Source: an uncultured Dehalococcoidia bacterium (GTDB taxonomy: Bacteria > Chloroflexota > Dehalococcoidia > Lucifugimonadales > UBA3495). Taken from it: a stretch of 18,901 bases of DNA. The translations under genes and the position numbers were made by a program. The DNA is taken from positions 1 to 18,901 of the forward strand of contig CATMOE010000066.1 of assembly GCA_950072105.1 (NCBI GenBank), in the 5' to 3' direction. Positions 17,620 to 18,901 of the stretch are shown here, piece by piece. Every line of letters starts with the position of its first letter. Position 1 is the first letter of the stretch. The notes below the pieces were generated by a model. The model made no database searches and was not told the origin of the DNA. It saw nothing but the letters and a program-made list of their open reading frames with translations.

Positions 17620-17936
17620 CCGGCGATTCCTCCTCCCTTCTTCTGGGCAAGAGTGTTGTGTCGATGCGCCCGATGCACCACTTCGGGCTACGTCGCTAAT
17701 GTGCATTACATGTGTTCAGACGGCCAAGTTTCATGCCGCCGCGCATCAGTGTCCCTGACAGGGCCAGCAGCCGCGAGGCCTGCTGTGCATCGAGGGGCTG
17801 GCTGGGGCAAGAAGGTAAGAGGAAAACACTAGTCTAACTCCCCGTCCACTAAGCGATATTAGCTAGGTTAATGATCCAATCATCGATCCCGATTACGGTG
17901 ATGCCGGATGCCAATAAAACTTGGGTATTGGGAGAC

Positions 17937-17965
17937 GGAGTAGAGTCCAACCGCCCAGCAACTAA
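17937..17965 (+). repeat. Imperfect direct repeat copy 2 (25/29 identical to 4457-4485), att-like
   Basis: GGAGTAGAGTCCAACCGCCCAGCAACTAA. Confidence 0.7.
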
Positions 17966-18081
17966 CTTCCCAGGAGTCTCGGTGGATTCAAATCGGTTCG
18001 ATCGCTTGGTTGAAAAGAGTGGCTTAGGAGTCAAGCTCCGCCGGTTACAAGCCCGATCTAACCAGTCGGATTGGGTATATC

Positions 18082-18157
18082 TAAGACGTAGCGCAGTGGC
18101 TAGCGCGCTTCGTTCGGGACGAAGAGGCCGGTGGTTCGAGTCCACTCACTCCGACCA
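18082..18157 (+). tRNA. tRNA-Pro(CGG) with a non-pairing 5' acceptor strand (possible pseudo-tRNA or att copy)
   Basis: D-arm GCGC-AGTGGCTA-GCGC, anticodon arm CTTCG-TTCGGGA-CGAAG (CGG at 18115-18117), T-arm GGTGG-TTCGAGT-CCACT and 3' CACTCCG-ACCA. Positions 1-7 are TAAGACG instead of the CGGAGTG needed for pairing. Confidence 0.8.
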
Positions 18158-18251
18158 TTTTTTTTACCTAATTTGTCGAGCACTAACAATATTCAATGAA
18201 CTCCGGGGCAAAACCCCAGCGTCGTCCCATGTTCAACGATCATCTTCGTTG

Positions 18252-18278
18252 GTCCCTCCACGTTTGGAGGGGCTTTTT
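18252..18278 (+). terminator. Intrinsic terminator downstream of tRNA-Pro
   Basis: GTCCCTCCA-CGTT-TGGAGGGGC followed by TTTTT. Confidence 0.7.
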
Positions 18279-18562
18279 ATACCTAAGAACCACTGCTGAT
18301 TAGTATCTAATGACACTGTGGGATCGAACCAAGGGCCTACTGATTAAGAGTTATTCGGTTAACGTGTTCAGGCGTGATACATAGTGCTTTTGGGTTTCAT
18401 CATGGAACCTGGGAACAGTTATAAACGCCCATGGACAGACTATAAACGAGGGCAAATCAAGGGCGTTTATGGGTCGCCAAGAGGGTCCCAAACAATACTT
18501 AAATCAGAAATACGTTATGGTCCCTCCGAAAGCGGGTTTCCAGTCAGTCTAACGATCCTCCG

Positions 18563-18901
18563 TCATATCAGTTCCTCGATATCAGGTGGTAGAACAGTAG
18601 GTGCATTATCCGAAAGATCCAACTCTTCAAGTTTGGCCAACCGATTCATTCTGACTGGCACCCCGGTCAATTGATTTTGACATATCTTCAATGTGGACAG
18701 CCCAGTTAAGTCGACAATCCCGGGCGGCAGCGCCGTCAGCTGGTTGTTGCCCAACTCCAGCCGTGTCAGGTTGGTCAGTTCAGCTATCCCGGGCGGCAAC
18801 GCCGTCAGCTGGTTGTCGGACAGGTACAGATAGGTCAGGTTGGTCAGTTCACCTATCCCGGGCGGCAGCGCCGTCAGCTGGTTGTCGGACAGGTACAGCC
18901 C
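18563..18901 (-). CDS. Leucine-rich-repeat protein, 3' part (the gene starts beyond the window end)
   Basis: The frame is open from 18901: GLYLSDNQLTALPPGIGELTNLTYLYLSDNQLTALPPGIAELTNLTRLELGNNQLTALPPGI..., made of 23-aa LxxLxLxxNxL repeats. Confidence 0.88.
   Translation of the reverse strand, partial: GLYLSDNQLTALPPGIGELTNLTYLYLSDNQLTALPPGIAELTNLTRLELGNNQLTALPPGIVDLTGLSTLKICQNQLTGVPVRMNRLAKLEELDLSDNAPTVLPPDIEELI
18716..18898 (-). repeat. 69-bp coding tandem repeat (LRR units), ~2.7 near-identical copies in the window
   Basis: CAACCAGCTGACGGCG(C/T)TGCCGCCCGGGAT recurs three times at 69-nt spacing. Confidence 0.9.

Noticed and set aside
8183..17706. Long antisense and alternate-frame ORFs (e.g. 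8716-9324, 9538-10101, 11072-11731, 12373-12984, 16369-16953)
   Set aside because: They are shadows of GC-rich real genes on the opposite strand and have no recognisable motifs or RBS.
17849..18299. ORFs 17849-18145 (-) and 17871-18299 (+)
   Set aside because: They run through the tRNA-Pro and att-like sequences; MDSNHRPLRPERSAL is the typical antisense-tRNA translation artefact.
18716..18898. CRISPR-like repeat array
   Set aside because: The units are contiguous 69-bp coding LRR repeats with no unique spacers, and there are no cas genes.

Overview
The core of this window (7835-17619, + strand) is an eight-gene methylamine/N-methylglutamate (NMG)-type operon: mgsA-mgsB-mgsC (glxBCD-like), a GlnT/GmaS-type glutamine synthetase III, and a heterotetrameric sarcosine-oxidase/NMG-dehydrogenase-like complex in the unusual order delta-alpha-gamma-beta. 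It sits behind a clear sigma70-type promoter. Divergent from it (- strand) is a two-gene unit that the ORF track splits: a 343-aa TDGLP-motif protein followed by a 180-aa UGSC-family selenoprotein, with an in-frame TGA at 5760-5762 (...AE-U-GSCTAC...) and a SECIS-like hairpin just downstream. The left end has an acyl-CoA synthetase and a GMC oxidoreductase. The right end has a tRNA-Pro(CGG) with a broken 5' acceptor strand and a partial LRR gene. The spacers are full of decay and integration scars: an IS3-type orfA remnant fused to a recombinase-like tail, a degenerate tRNA-Leu 3' half, tmRNA-3'-like fragments, and OYE and PD40 gene stubs. A 25/29-nt imperfect direct repeat brackets the 13.5-kb selenoprotein+NMG block and may mark an old island. 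The gene content is reminiscent of Chloroflexota/Dehalococcoidia (SAR202-like); this is an inference. All family calls come from motif recognition by eye, and no database searches were run.
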